A stretch of 63,091 nucleotides of DNA, filler included, from Neolecta irregularis DAH-3 (lineage: Eukaryota), in the NCBI GenBank assembly GCA_001929475.1. It is 10 parts of 10 records of this genome, joined end to end, with 100 filler letters (N's around TTAATTAATTAA, not from the genome) between each part and the next. Parts side by side here need not be neighbours in the genome. Positions count along the whole stretch, not along the records: positions 1 to 12,224 come from LXFE01000463.1; positions 12,325 to 14,331 come from LXFE01003789.1; 8 more parts are not named here. One strand, written 5' to 3'. Below are positions 1 to 12,952 of this stretch, piece after piece. A program made the position numbers and the translations under genes. A model generated the notes under the pieces. The model had not been told where the DNA came from. It ran no database searches and was given only the letters and a program-made list of their open reading frames with translations. Numbering within the stretch: the first letter of the stretch is position 1; every line of letters starts with the position of its first letter.

Positions 1-2387
1 GATTGTTCGAAATTCAGGACTCTTATGATCATGATTCTTGTGCTCAAGCTTGTCTTGATAGACGTAAGAACCACGCAACCCTGAAAGATTTACAAACGCG
101 TAGATGGTTGTAGTGCTTTTCAGTCGTCAAGGGACTTTCATCTGTCAAGGGAGTACAATGTTCAGGAATCAGATTTGTGGTTCGCTCTCTCACACTGCTT
201 GCTACTTTCCGAAATACCCAGACATTTTACAACTGAAGATAGACAATTTCACATATATAACTTTTGGCGCTTTTCGTACTTTGGACAATTTTCGTATGTG
301 TACCTATAATACTTGAAAACTCACATTAAAGGTTGAAATCTGATACACATCGGTATCCAACTAAAGATCTGACTGAATCGTTCTCAACCAGAAATCCATC
401 TGAAGTGTCCTCAACCATAGAATCCCATGCAAAATCAATCATTTCCAAACATGTTGGTTTCAGTTCTGATGATTCGGATATATTATCCGATGACAAGGAT
501 GTCCCAGTAATCATCACGTATAAAACGGAACCTTTAACACCGTCTGAAACAAAACTGGTGACAAAGAATAAAAATTTCGATAATCGTAAAAAAGGGCCCT
601 CTGCTAAACATCCTGTGAAGGGTTCAAGAAAAAGTTACTCCTCGTCGATTGCAAATCCTCCAAGGAATAATGTTAAAATAGAAGAGCAAAAATCATCTAA
701 ACTTGTTAGTATGAATGGCAACAATGCTGATGTCAATCTCCAGTCGAGTGGAATACTACCTAGCCCCCCGAAATATCCAACGAAGAGTTCCAATCGGAAG
801 GGCGGTTCTAATAAAAAGGAATTAACGAATCCGCTTCCGCAAGTCGTCACTCATGTTAAAGTCGACCCTTACTCAAAATCTTGGACGAATGACAACGGCA
901 ATATGAGTAGTGGACATATTGCTGAAAGGCTTTCTTCTAGAAGTATTTCGAATTCCGCAGAAAATTATTACCATCACAAGGACGATCACGATCAAATCTA
1001 TCTGCAAAATGTGCCCAAGAAAGTCAAGAAAGTCACCTTTGCAATGAAGGATGATCATGATCAAATTTATTCCAAAAATGTGCCCAAGAAAGAAGTTACC
1101 ATGGATGTCCCACAATCCAAGACGCCTTCAAATGCCGATGCTTCAGACGTATCCAGAAACAACAAGAAACAATCTGACACCTCTTCCCTGTCTGGGTATA
1201 TGTCAACGGCTCAAATAATTACACGCGAATCGAGCAAAAATGACAAAGGTGGAGTTCAAGAATCTACACACAAATTGTCGTCTTCAGTGTCGTCAAAGCC
1301 AAAATTGCAAAGCTCTTTGATATCATCCAGTCAAACATCTACGGAAGCGAATGTCAATGCGGTCAATTATCACTTGGATCAAAGAAATAATGTCGAGAGA
1401 CCAGGGAATTCTTTGGTTAAGCCAGCTTCTGTTCCCATTTCCAAGAGTAATAGTCACGAGAAACCCAAAACACCCCAAAAGCAAAAGAATACTAATAAAC
1501 CGAAAAAGAGTAAAGATAATACTAATTTGGATGAGTTTTTAGCATCTTATGTCAAGTCAATAAAAAAACCGGAGGCTATTAAACTCTCGAGAAAGACAAT
1601 GCAAAGCTCTGTGGCATTCTTCGACCAGACATCTCCGGAAGCGAATGTCAAGACGCTATATGGTGACTCAAAGAAAGAACTGAAGGATATTATAGACCCG
1701 ATGGACCTACCCAAGATCAAAATCCCGAACGCATCCCTCATTCCACAGCAATTTAGAACGCTATATTCAACATTATCAAACCCTCAAGCTGAAATTCCTG
1801 CAGAGATTTTCGATCGCTTCGTGAGGATTCAGTATGCTCATAGTTCAGCGCAGGTCAAGACAACAATTCTTTTCCTCGATGCAAGTGAACTCGCCTTTGG
1901 AAATCGCAACTATCAGGAAAATGGTTCTGAAAATTATTTCAAATCTTCGGATTTTCTCTGGAACCAAAACACTTGCAAAACGCCCCCGGAAATCATACTC
2001 TTTTTTTGGGTACCCAAAGTAGAGACCCAACATCAGCCAATATTCCTAGTCAGGATGAGTATCAAAACTGGACTCACACTCGTTATAAGTAAGGAGAAAT
2101 TCTGTTCACGCGATACCCTTAGGGCTATTGACCATCAACTAAGAAGGATACTCTCAAGTTGGAAAATTCCATGCATTCCCATTATCGAACATCACTCCAT
2201 GTCGATTGAAGACTCAAAGTTTGACACTCTTGGATTGGATGCAAATATCATCTTCTGTCCTGTGATTATGAACATCATGCCAGATTTTCTACTAGGCTTT
2301 TCATTTGCGAGCGAAGAAATAGAACAACCTGCCGAGTTCCTTTACAAGATGAAAAATTATATGGCGAAAGTCATTGCGAAGGAATAA
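1..2387 (+). CDS. 5'-truncated multi-exon protein: PAN/apple-like Cys module, long S/K/N-rich low-complexity linker, and ~200-aa globular C-terminal domain of unknown function
   Basis: Introns 64-103 (GTAAGA..TAG) and 294-331 (GTATGT..AAG) join ...SCAQACLDRHGCSAF...SHCLLL... in frame to the 684-aa ORF 333-2387, which itself has only a TTG start. Internal repeats KDDHDQIY..NVPKK (x2) and QTS.EANV (x2). Confidence 0.7.
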
Positions 2388-3491
2388 CTAGGTTGTGTTT
2401 GTTGTGTTTTCAGGTCCTTTGATCAAACCCTGATTTGTTTTGTAATTACCTTATCACTACTCTAAAATTCGAGGCTTGCTCTGTCGTCGCAAACTGATTG
2501 AGAGACGAAATTAGTTGATTTTGCTTTCGCCTAAAAGGATTTGTACCGAACTCTTGGAATGTAAAATAGCGTTCTGCAAATGACGTATCAATGCGGTGGC
2601 ATAATCTAATTTTGAAGCCTAAAGATTCACAATGTATCATGTAGTAAATGTTTTTAGTTCGGTCCATTGCAACCCGGCAGGCTCAAGAAAGTAGTGATGA
2701 AAGTCGCGTTCTTACGATTTCTCCTCCTTTGAAGATGATCCAGCATGACAGAAGATCGACGATAGCCCACATGTGGGATTAGGACTGCAGTTGGTCAATG
2801 GCCGATCTCCAGAAGGTTTTCAAAAGATGACTCGTATTCTTGCAAAGCATGACCATCCCCATCTTATTGGCTTTACTATTCTGTACGAATGGAATTTTAA
2901 ATCATCTGGTCATTCTTAATTCTTGGTCGTCTTTTAGCTTTCCTTTATGCTTTTGTCGTCGGGTTCAATGTGCTGGTTGCTGGTTTCAATTTTGACGAAT
3001 TCGAAGAGTAAGCCTGGATGGCTCGGACTATTGAGATATGTTGGTTTCCAGTTGTTGAACAGGAGTAAATTTCAGGTGAAAAGGATGCTGATGAGAAAAT
3101 TTTGGACGGGGGACGAGTTGCCAGAGATGCTGAAAGAGCTGCTGGCAGACGGCTAAAACAAACCCAGAAACGCAATTAATAGTAAAATCACTTTGTATGA
3201 ACACAAGGAATCATCTTATCCTAACTTTATTCAATCTATAAATGCAAAAATATCAATTTGATCCAGCTCTTTTGTTTTCGTACTGTGTACAGATAGTCCT
3301 AAGATCCGGATCCCCAAGTTTGTATTGATAGCTAGTTCCTTCCTACTTAAAAGGAGCGAATTTGTTTGTTCACAGTTGAAAGAAAATCCTGGGCAAAGAA
3401 TGCTAGAATACTTGATTACTGTACAGGACTGCTTCAACTACATGCAAGGCAAACCACAGTCTAGGGATATAAATACAAAAACCGAAAAAGC

Positions 3492-4997
3492 CTAGATCAT
3501 CATAAACGCTGTCGTCCCTGTTAAATAAGCCGATGGATCATCTAAAAGAGACATACACATAAATCCTGCAGCAGTGAGGATGGTCACAATACTTGAACCA
3601 ACTTTATCGCTTGTAGTAGGTGGCTTTAGAATGGATAATGATGGATCCGAAGTTACTTGAACGATATTGATACTACCTCCAACACTCGTTCCTCCAGTCG
3701 TCGTGGTTAATGGGCTAGGCGAGTACCGTACCAACATCGACTGTATTGTTTCCAAAATCGCCAGTTGCTCGCCAAGTCCTGATTTCCCGTCGAAGGCTCC
3801 ATTGGTCCAGTCCATACCACATTTCATTCCTGCTCCTGTGCCTTGACAGCTATTCGCACCGGCAATCACACTACTTGCTAGTACTGGGAAGATCCGAGCG
3901 GCTGTTGAGGGAATGAGTTTGGTAATGTACCCCATATTTCGTGCTAAGTACCCCTTGAAACTGACTTGGTCGTCATCGCAGGTTTTGATGGGCTCACAAG
4001 CTGGTTCGTAGATTATTGTTCCATTTTTGAAGAACAAAGCTATCGCAGAATCAAGTAGACCGGTAACTTCTCCTTGCCAACGTGAAGATCCTTTGGTCTG
4101 TCGATTAGGTTAGGGTTTGATGGAACCTCACGATATTATACATGTAGGCTGCCCCGCCTAAAAGCATACCATTATTATAAGTCCACTGTATACGATCGAA
4201 ATGTGTACAATCCGGAGTAGTAGCGCCGTCGTAGATGTTCCATTGAGCGTCCATAAATTGAATTTCCCCCATCCAACTATAGATTTTGTCGGCCCAGTCG
4301 GAATAGGTTGAGTTTCCGGTGTAATATGCCAATCTCGCAGCCATTTGAAACATAACCCCATTGGAGATTGAGTTTTTGTAATTGTAACCAGAATTAAACA
4401 TAGAGATCTGCCAACGAAGACCGCCTTTACAGTTGGTGGTATCCCACCTTGAAGTCATTTCGTTAAACATAGTTTCAACCAAGGAAATCCATTGAGGGGA
4501 ACCTTTAGGTGGATTAGGAAACCCTGTTTCCGCTGCGCTCATTGCTGCGAGGCCCCAGAAGCCTTGATCGTCATTTCCAGCTGTGAATGTTTGATTTGCC
4601 GGCAAGTAATCGTTATTAGCTCCAACTTGGTACATCATTGCTTGCATCACTAATGCATCATATTGAGTATCGTTAGTGTATACGCGATAATCGATAAGGG
4701 CCTAGGAGGGTCAGTTCTCGTTGATCTGGAGGCCGCCACACATTCATAGCAGCACCTGCTTCCCACCAGAATGTAGGAGAAGGAAATAATCCGGGTACCT
4801 GGCCTGGGTGATCGCCCGTATATAGAGCACGCACAGCAGCTGCTGCTTGTCCAGCAGCAGAAGTGAGCGAGCCTACGTTTATCAATGAATTGTTTAGGGC
4901 GGAAGAGACTTTGTGAGGAAGGATCAATAGTGAGAGCGACCGTCAATGGCAGGGTAAAAAAAAGAGAGGCAATGCATAGACAGGTACAACGCAGCAT
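3492..4997 (-). CDS. dfg5: GH76 mannan endo-1,6-alpha-mannosidase, Dfg5/Dcw1 family, probably GPI-anchored
   Basis: Signal peptide, WWEAG, GNDDQGFWG, CKGGLRWQI, YKNSISNG, WTYNNG, SFKGYLAR motifs across ORFs 4673-4927, 4105-4650 and 3492-4037; S/T-rich stalk and hydrophobic tail. Confidence 0.93.
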
Positions 4998-5228
4998 TGT
5001 ATAACTCCAAAGAGGTGAAGGATGTAAGCAACCACTGCTCTGCCATATAAACATCCAGCAAGGAGGCACATCTGTAAATAGTGGCGTCGTGTTCGCGTTC
5101 TACCCGAATTGCCTGGATAATTTGATCCACCTCTAAAAGTGCAGGGACTAATAATCCAATAATTGCTTAATGTTTATATGCATAACTCCAGATATAATTT
5201 AAACTCCTCCAAAGAAACCCTTTACAGA

Positions 5229-7583
5229 TCAATAACCCTCTGTGCTCAGTCTGCGTCGTCTCCTCGAGTCCGCTTGTGCCGTAAATCCAGCTCCTCTTTT
5301 GCGTCTCCAGTTCTTAGGAAGGTCCCAAGCGACTTCAGCATCCAGTTTCCAGTACTTGGCCTGTACTTGTCGGCACCGACTCAGAGAGTTCCTGGCACTT
5401 TCATTCGGAACATTCTTATCAAAACTTCCTTCAAAAACGACTTCTGAATGGCCAATTAATTGTCCGAGGCAAGCGGTGGCACAATTAGTAAGCGGAGTTA
5501 ATTCATATCCGCCTTCAAGAACATATAGAAGTTTCGGTGACACTGATTTGATCAATGACGTAATAAGCGCGAAACCAGTTGGCGTGACGTGATAACCTCC
5601 AAGAATCTCCGGATGACCTTCTGCGGCATCAAATCCCGCAGACACGAGGACCTTTGCAGTCAGTGTTTGGGGTTTAGATAACGAGGTTAACTAAGTCTGG
5701 TTCAAATTGCCTTGCGATAGGTAAGATCAAATGAAAAAAAGCAGAGACATATTCTGGATCACCGATCTTATCATCTTGACAGTCACTGACAGCTCATTAA
5801 ATGGAACTTACTAGGTCGACTAGCTTGCTTTGAAAATCCGATATTCACGTTCCTTCCCAAACCAACACCCTCTCCAACTCGTTCTATATCACCAGTAGTT
5901 GGATCTACTCGTTAGAATGCCTCAGTGATGAAACATACAGTAATTGCCATCGTCCCATCGGTGAATGGAGATATAGAGGACATTTGGATCATCATAAAAC
6001 ACCAACTCGGTTCCGTTTCCATGACTAGTAACGTTAAAGAGACCCTGGAAGTTCAGTGCTTACTGGATATCAAAATCAATAATTAAAACCTTTTGCACCG
6101 TATCGTACTTTTGAAGAGCATAGCGAGCGGCTATTGAAATATTATTGTAAATGCAGAAACCCCTAAGGCTTTCAGAAGTGATTTGGAGATTGAATATTAC
6201 ATTGCCTTTTCTGGCTCAGCGTGATGTCCCGGAGGTCTGATAATTGCAAATCCATTTTGCACGCTGGTTTTCAGAACCTGAAATAATAGCAATATTGTAC
6301 CAATTGGTCAAAACTGAATCAAGCAAGTTCAACAGGCTTCCCACTGCTAAACGAGCTTCTGCAGGAGACCCTTCAGGGTCAAAAGTCGTATCGTAGGCTA
6401 TCCTGGTCAGTTTTCTGAAATGAGTGTCTGCAAACCAATCCCCATCTCTCCACAACCCATCTTGTGTAGCCTTTCAGGTGGCCATGCGTCTTGATCAAGA
6501 TTCGCCTGAACGACCCTAGATGATTTCTGTGAAATATCTATGCATTTTTGTATAGAAGTAGACACGTTAGCGAGAAAGTGTACTTCTTCATTGTAATAAG
6601 AGGAGGGAGGAGTTGGAAAATGATTTGGTTTAGTATGGTAGTTGAAAATATGTCTGTGAGAATGTGCTAAAGCAAGCTCGGAAGCTGCGGCTTTACGCTG
6701 TGGAATTCGATGAACATATCGAAGAAAACTCGACTAAGTTAGCTCGAAAACTTCCATAAGCCATACTTATTCCGTTGAAATCCCCCTAGGATGAATTCTA
6801 ATCGTTCTCTCCGTTCAGGATGCTTGCTAACGCCAATTTGAACTCTAACATCATGTTTAATGCACGGACAGCTGTGATTCTCTCCACTCCAAGTAATCCC
6901 GGTCCGTTTGCTAGTTACAAACTCTCGGGAGAAGTGCATGTAATCAGCCCAGCCAAGTTCACTGTCCTTTCCACGTGGACCAAAGCGAAGATGAGTTGTA
7001 TCTTTAGAAACAGCACGAATTACGCTTTTTGATACCCATCTGCCGGCTTGTGAAGGAAACCCTTCAAAGTGTACAAATATTAGAGATGTATCAGTTGGTG
7101 GTTGATCAAAATATGACACTGGAAATGAAGAGCAAGCTTCTACGATCCGAGCAACATGCCTTCGATTCATTATTCAGAGGTCTTGATTTGAAAATTCAAA
7201 CCAAGTGCCATTAGTAAACGGCTTTATCGCCTCAACTCTTTGTCCAGGATAAAATTGAAGACCTTGACTATAAATAAAAAGAACAAGTGAGACAGACCAT
7301 CTATATCGAGGTGCTCAATGTCATTTTGAACAGCAAGTTCCGACTCTGGGCTATCGGATCCCCGGGCGCGCTTGTCATTTCTGTCCTCCGGAACATGATC
7401 TGTGCATTTGCGTTTATAACTACTTGTTGTTGAGCTTATAGAGGATGCATCCGATGTATATTTCCTCGGACTACCGTTACTCAACAATCTTGTTAATGCA
7501 GGGGTTTGTGGGGTAGATTGTCTCGGGTGGAGAATTTTGATTGGAGGAAAATGATCATAATTTAACAGGTCAGAAATGTTCAT
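5229..7583 (-). CDS. Class II histone deacetylase with class IIa (HDAC4/5/7/9)-like signature and N-terminal extension; multi-exon
   Basis: Spliced motifs [74 protein letters not shown]. No Arb2 domain after the catalytic domain. Confidence 0.9.
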
Positions 7584-8121
7584 CACAGCGCGTATGAGTG
7601 AATCTGGGGTTTTACAGAGTTGACGTAGCGGGAGCGTGGATGGTTCGACGATTAGGTCGCATTGACAATTAGATCAAGTGTCAGCACAAACAATGGCACT
7701 TGTCTCTAAACCATGTTCCAACAAGGATCACTACAGTCCCACGCTATAGATTCAATGTATTCGGGGGATTTATTTGTGTGGACAGCTAGTAATGGTTACA
7801 AAGATCTCCATCACAGAATGCGGCAGAGGCAAACGCCCTGGCTGATCTGTATCGATAACGGCGAAGCGCTTGTACATCACAAAGTGCAGGACACAAAAAG
7901 GAATACAACAGATATCGATCTGTCCACTGGGGTGAGGTCTGGCAGCATTAGATACCCAGGACACACCATCATATGACACACGAAATCAAGATTATGTTCT
8001 TGCGCCAATAATATTGAGAAAGACTGAATGATGTATCCAGAAAGACTGAATGGTATCCTGCATATCTAGTCAATGCCACCCCCTACGCTGAAAATGCTGT
8101 ACTCCGGAACTCCGCCCACGC

Positions 8122-10068
8122 CTAATGAATACCATGATAAGACTCTAGGTTTGTGAAATCATGATTATGATCATTTCTGACCGTCGAAAAGTCAAAGCTG
8201 GTTTGAAAAAATGAATTACCCCTACTTTGTCAATAACATCGTACTTAAGAATGGTACTCTTTATTCAGTTCTTTAGTTATAGAAGGAAGATCGAGGCCAA
8301 GGTAATCGACAATGTATTTGCCAATGTACGTGTTCTCCATGTTTCCTTGTGGAAGTTTCTCCGTTGGTGAGTATGCATAGACATTAACGTCAACGGCAGA
8401 GTGACCATGAGTGCTCCACTATTTTGCTTAGTGTGAAACTAGGTGTTCATAGACATACTCCTAATTGTGCTCTTCGAGAGACGATATCGCTTAAAAGGTA
8501 AGTCGAAGATAACGAGTTGTTGCGGACTTTGACAACAGCGTTGATTTCATCTTCAGTTGCGTCGAGAATTCCGAGACTCTTTTTTATGATATTGTTGGCA
8601 ATAAAAGATTGGATGTCTTGATCATTAGGAAAGGACAAGATTTGCAGGCCAAGGAGTTCAGTTGAAAATGTTGCGTTTGCGAGAACTACATTATTCAGTA
8701 AAGAATTGGAGATCTGTCCACCTTCAGGATGCCATAGGTATTCCGGATATGTTTCGGTGACTTGTCGAGCGACGCTTAACCCCCCAGTTTCATGATCAGA
8801 CGTGGAAAGCAAGACACCGCCATTCTTATTGATAAAGTTTTGTGCCAACGAGAAGACTTGGTCGTACATGAGAACATCGCGAACATGGCTTACTGGATCA
8901 TTATTGTGCGAAGCCATATCAATCCGAGAGCTGTTTGAATGAGACCACCCTTTATGGAGAGGCAGGAATTACCCTTCGATCATCAAGAATAACCCTTGTT
9001 CGCTATCTTCAGTAGCCTTGAGAAGTGCGTTCAAGGCCGTACTACTCATATCGAGCAAGGAGGGTTGCTCAGTGACATTTCGATCAATCTCAAAAGACAT
9101 GTGCTGCCTGTAAGTATCGCATCTTCATAGTAGTATACATCTGAAGCAAATAGACCAAGGAGAGGAAATTTAACTTCAAGACCATCCTTGAGCGCTTCAA
9201 ATTCGCTCAAACTGGTAATAAGGCTGAATTCGTTCTCCTTTGCTTTGGCTATGACATCAATATCGTCTAGACGACATGAGCCATTGGAGTTTTGAGGCAA
9301 AAAGTGACATAGCCCGCCTAGATGTAACTTAGCATATCCAAAACGACTTTATTACCCCCAAACATGAGATCAGTAGTTCTTTGGAGAGGTAATCCACCGA
9401 CCTGTTGGTATGCAATATCATCTTCAAGATCCCTATGAACAACATGTGAATTGAAGCCTGAATACAATTAACACAGATGCTACTGTAGGATCTTTACTTG
9501 CAGGCGTCGCATGGGTAATTCTACTAGTTACTACCAAGCCAGTCATATATCCCAATTTCTTTGCTGCCTCAAGCAAAGTGCCGCAAGCCAGTTTTTCCGG
9601 GTCTATCGCAATAGCGCCGTTATAACTCTTCATAGCACAGCTGAACGCGGTAGCTCCTGCAGCCGAGTCAGTGACTAGACTATCGCTGGATCGAGTCCGA
9701 CTCGATCCGACGAGAAAAGGATCAATGAGAAGATCATGACCAATGGGAAGTTTCTTTATATATTGCTGATATGATCTTGCGAGTGTGAGAGAAGCAGGGC
9801 CCATTCCGTCCGAGATCATGAGAATAACATTCTTCTTTCCTGTGGAAGCGCGTGCATTCCCAAAGAATGAAAAGAGCACAAAGAGCAACAAGAGAAAGAG
9901 CATTGCAGTGATAATCAGGATAACGCGGCGGCGACTGCAATGATTTAGTTTGGATTTTGGGGGACCCAGTAATTCGAATTTCTCAGTATTTGCTGTCGGG
10001 TCACCGTCATCGCTACACGATATATTATCGGCTTCCTCGCTCCTCCAGTAGCTCATTGGCGATCGCAT
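8122..10068 (-). CDS. pho8: Vacuolar alkaline phosphatase, type II membrane protein
   Basis: N-terminal TM helix, KKNVILMISDGMG, VTDSAAGATAF (catalytic Ser), ITHATPA, SRIDMASHNND, SDHETGG, HGHSAVDVNVY. Start is 10068 or 10056. Confidence 0.95.
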
Positions 10069-10492
10069 CTTCGCAGGAAAATCCAGAAATGACTGTTTAA
10101 TAGGAAAGCAAGCGCGCAATTAGGAAAGAAAACAAAGAACAAAAGGAGATTTTGAGGTTGGCTCGCCTTCATTTCTCTAACTGACCAAGTCTAATATTCG
10201 TGATGGCTTTGATATTTAAATTCTAGTAGTTTGCATTTAAAAATTTGTTTGATGATTTGTCTATGTAGTGTTCTGGTCTCTTATGGATGTTGTATATAAC
10301 GCAACAGATGGTGGAATTCGACGTTTGAAAGTATAGGAACAACATTGTATGATGTTCTTTTACAAGGATCAATGTATTAAGCTGTGGTTCAGTTTTTTAA
10401 TTGGGAAATTCCTGAGCAGAGAATGGAATTTGAGGTTTCTCCGTTCCACTCTTTTCGCATCTGTCTCTTCAAGTCTCATTCTCTCCAGTATC

Positions 10493-10516
10493 CTTCTTCT
10501 TCTTCTTCTTCTTCTT
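10493..10516 (+). repeat. (CTT)n microsatellite directly upstream of the tad2 ATG
   Basis: cttcttcttcttcttcttcttctt. Confidence 0.85.
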
Positions 10517-10522
10517 TCAACT

Positions 10523-11258
10523 ATGCATTCATTCAATACGGATGAATACTTTATGACAATTGCTCTTGAACAAGCAGCTCTCGCCATCATAGCGAATGAA
10601 ATTCCAGTAGGCTGTGTCTTCGTTCACAATGATCAAGCTCTTTCCAAAGCATACAACGACACAAACAGAAGCCTTAATGTCTCTCAATCCCTTGGACCGA
10701 GCCCTAATGTTGAAGGGCTGTCGACATGCCGAATTTGTAGCCGTTGAGCGCATTCTGGAGCACCATTTACCCTCTATTTTCAAAGATTGCACTCTTTATG
10801 TCACTGTAGAGCCATGTATTATGTGTGCTGTGGCTTTAAAAATTCTGGGAATAAAAAGGGTCGTTTTTGGCTGTGGTAACGATCGCTTTGGGGGAAATGG
10901 TAGTGTTTTCTCAATCCATCAGGAGTATTTCCGCATCCTGGAGTTTCTGATGCTTTCAGCAAAGGGGGATATCAAGTACAGAAGGGAGTTTTGAAAGAGG
11001 AGGCTATCATGTTGTTGAAAGGTTTCTATGGTGGGTGTAATCCTGCGTGTATGCTCAAAGGCTGGAGATAAATGCTAACACTGAGCCCCTGCGCCTGCCC
11101 GTAAGAAACCACACGTTCATAAATGCGCTCTCAAGGAGAGAATCCTCTCTTCTGGACCACTTATTAGCAGCAGGACGATTCTCTCGATTCTTTCTGCCCC
11201 ACTCGAAATAATTCCTCCCGTAGAGATCTTGAATACATCAATCGGGGTGACAGAATGA
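10523..11258 (+). CDS. tad2: tRNA-specific adenosine-34 deaminase catalytic subunit
   Basis: FMTIALEQA..NEIPVGCVFV, RHAEF, LYVTVEPCIMC, FGCGNDRFGGNGSV; three short introns. 3' end approximate. Confidence 0.9.
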
Positions 11259-12145
11259 ACCTTCAGACAATTACTCTTATGCTTTCGCCACTGGCTCAAC
11301 AGGGAATGCACAAAATCAATTTGGCATCGATATCACTCAAATTTGGTTATATAGTCAAAATAGGTCTTCATCAAATCTGCAGCACTGCAGCATGGTAGCT
11401 TTTAGTTATAAAAATAGAAGAGTTAATATACACTCTATCAATAGGTGTCTGTGGTATGCAACTAATGGCGCGTTTTGCATTGGTGGCGACGCCTGTGATT
11501 GCCCATTGTGGGCCTAACAGTGACGCTTGCTGCTCAGCGTCATAATCTCTTCGGTTGCGTCCAACGGTTTAGTTGTGGTGGTGGCGTGTCTGTGGTTGGT
11601 TCTTGTTGCTGTGGGGTATTCTGGAGTGAAGTCCCCACACGAACACTTCATTTTCCAACCACATTCTCACATTCTGAAACATTCGTGGCGAGACAGTCAA
11701 CCATTTTCTCTTTTTGTAGTTATGTCTGTGTTAAAAAGGAATTTAAACAGGAGGTGCCCGGCCCTGATCGTTTTTTTGCTTATCACAAATTGTGAGCGTC
11801 TGACCGTGATGGTCGGTACTCCGCTGAGCCTTAAATTCGTATATTGGTTGAGTACTCGTATGTAGTAGTCACAGCGAGTATTGGTATACAGTCTTAAGCC
11901 TATCGCGCTCCACGCCAGGCGCTACCTAAATACCCATCCTCGGGCGCCTCTGGCAGCTCCTTAGATCCGTCTCATCTCTTGTCACGGATCACGTGATACA
12001 GTGATCAGGATGATACGACATGAATTTTGTATGTGCAGCATACTTCACCAATGAAAGAAATGACCAGATAGAAATCATTCTATGCTAGCAATTTTGGTTA
12101 TTTAGTGGATATTGTATTGCACCTATCCTAATTGCCAAAAAAACG

Positions 12146-12224
12146 GGTTGACCTGCCCGCGCGCCTGCCGGAAACGTACCCACCCGCCCACCTGCAGGAA
12201 ACTTTTTCACCCGCCCGCCCGCCC
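12146..12224. repeat. GC-rich ACCCG/GCCC repeats at a contig end, possibly subterminal repeats of a DNA transposon
   Basis: acctgcccgc..acccacccgcccacc..cacccgcccgcccgccc runs into the gap. Confidence 0.35.
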
Positions 12225-12324
12225 NNNNNNNNNNNNNNNNNNNNNNNNNNNNNNNNNNNNNNNNNNNNTTAATTAATTAANNNNNNNNNNNNNNNNNNNN
12301 NNNNNNNNNNNNNNNNNNNNNNNN
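12225..12324. other. Assembly gap with artificial TTAATTAATTAA linker; the same structure occurs at 14332-14431, 16804-16903, 19314-19413, 45357-45456, 46512-46611, 47676-47775, 50080-50179 and 56695-56794
   Basis: Identical N-run/TTAATTAATTAA/N-run pattern nine times; the linker has stops in all six frames. Confidence 0.98.
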
Positions 12325-12952
12325 CTGGTGGCTAGTTCTTTGGGCGCACGATGTTGATAAACATGTGATTCCTCAAATTCTTGATTTTCTCGAGATTTAT
12401 TCGAACAATATGCCGACATGTTGCAACCAACGGCACCCGCCGTCTCCTAATTCAGTGTCGTCTATATCTTTGAGGAGTATTTTTATGTAGAGTGTGTCAT
12501 AGATTTTTTCGGAATCAGGTAGGTTATGGAAAATCGGATAAAACGGCTAGCGCTTCGCAGTCTGGGCACTATATCGTCAGCAGCAAGTTGCGATTTCAAA
12601 ACTCCAGTTTCTGCGTGAAATTGCATTGGACATTTACAATTTTGGCAGTAAGATCCACTTCCGTCTTTGAAGCACAGCTTCCCTGTCCAGATAATGGGCC
12701 GGCGGGCAAAGTATACCATTATACCACCAGCAATGTTATGCTTCTGTTAAATGAAGTTATTAAATTGCTAGGCAGACTTGACAATTTGATGACGATGATA
12801 TATGAAACGACACAGCTGAGATGATATTTGACATTCTTCTTCACATTGGCTATTGATTACTTTGAAAAATAAGAAAAGAAAGAAACCCCGAAATAGGGAA
12901 AAGAAAAGAGAAAAGATTGAAATAAATGGAAACACAAAATGGTTGCGGTTAT

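Noticed and set aside
2446..3437. Possible decayed gene on the minus strand
   Set aside because: Many stops and no recognisable motif.
12269..12280. Recurring palindromic TTAATTAATTAA motif
   Set aside because: Always centred in N-runs; it is an artificial scaffolding linker.
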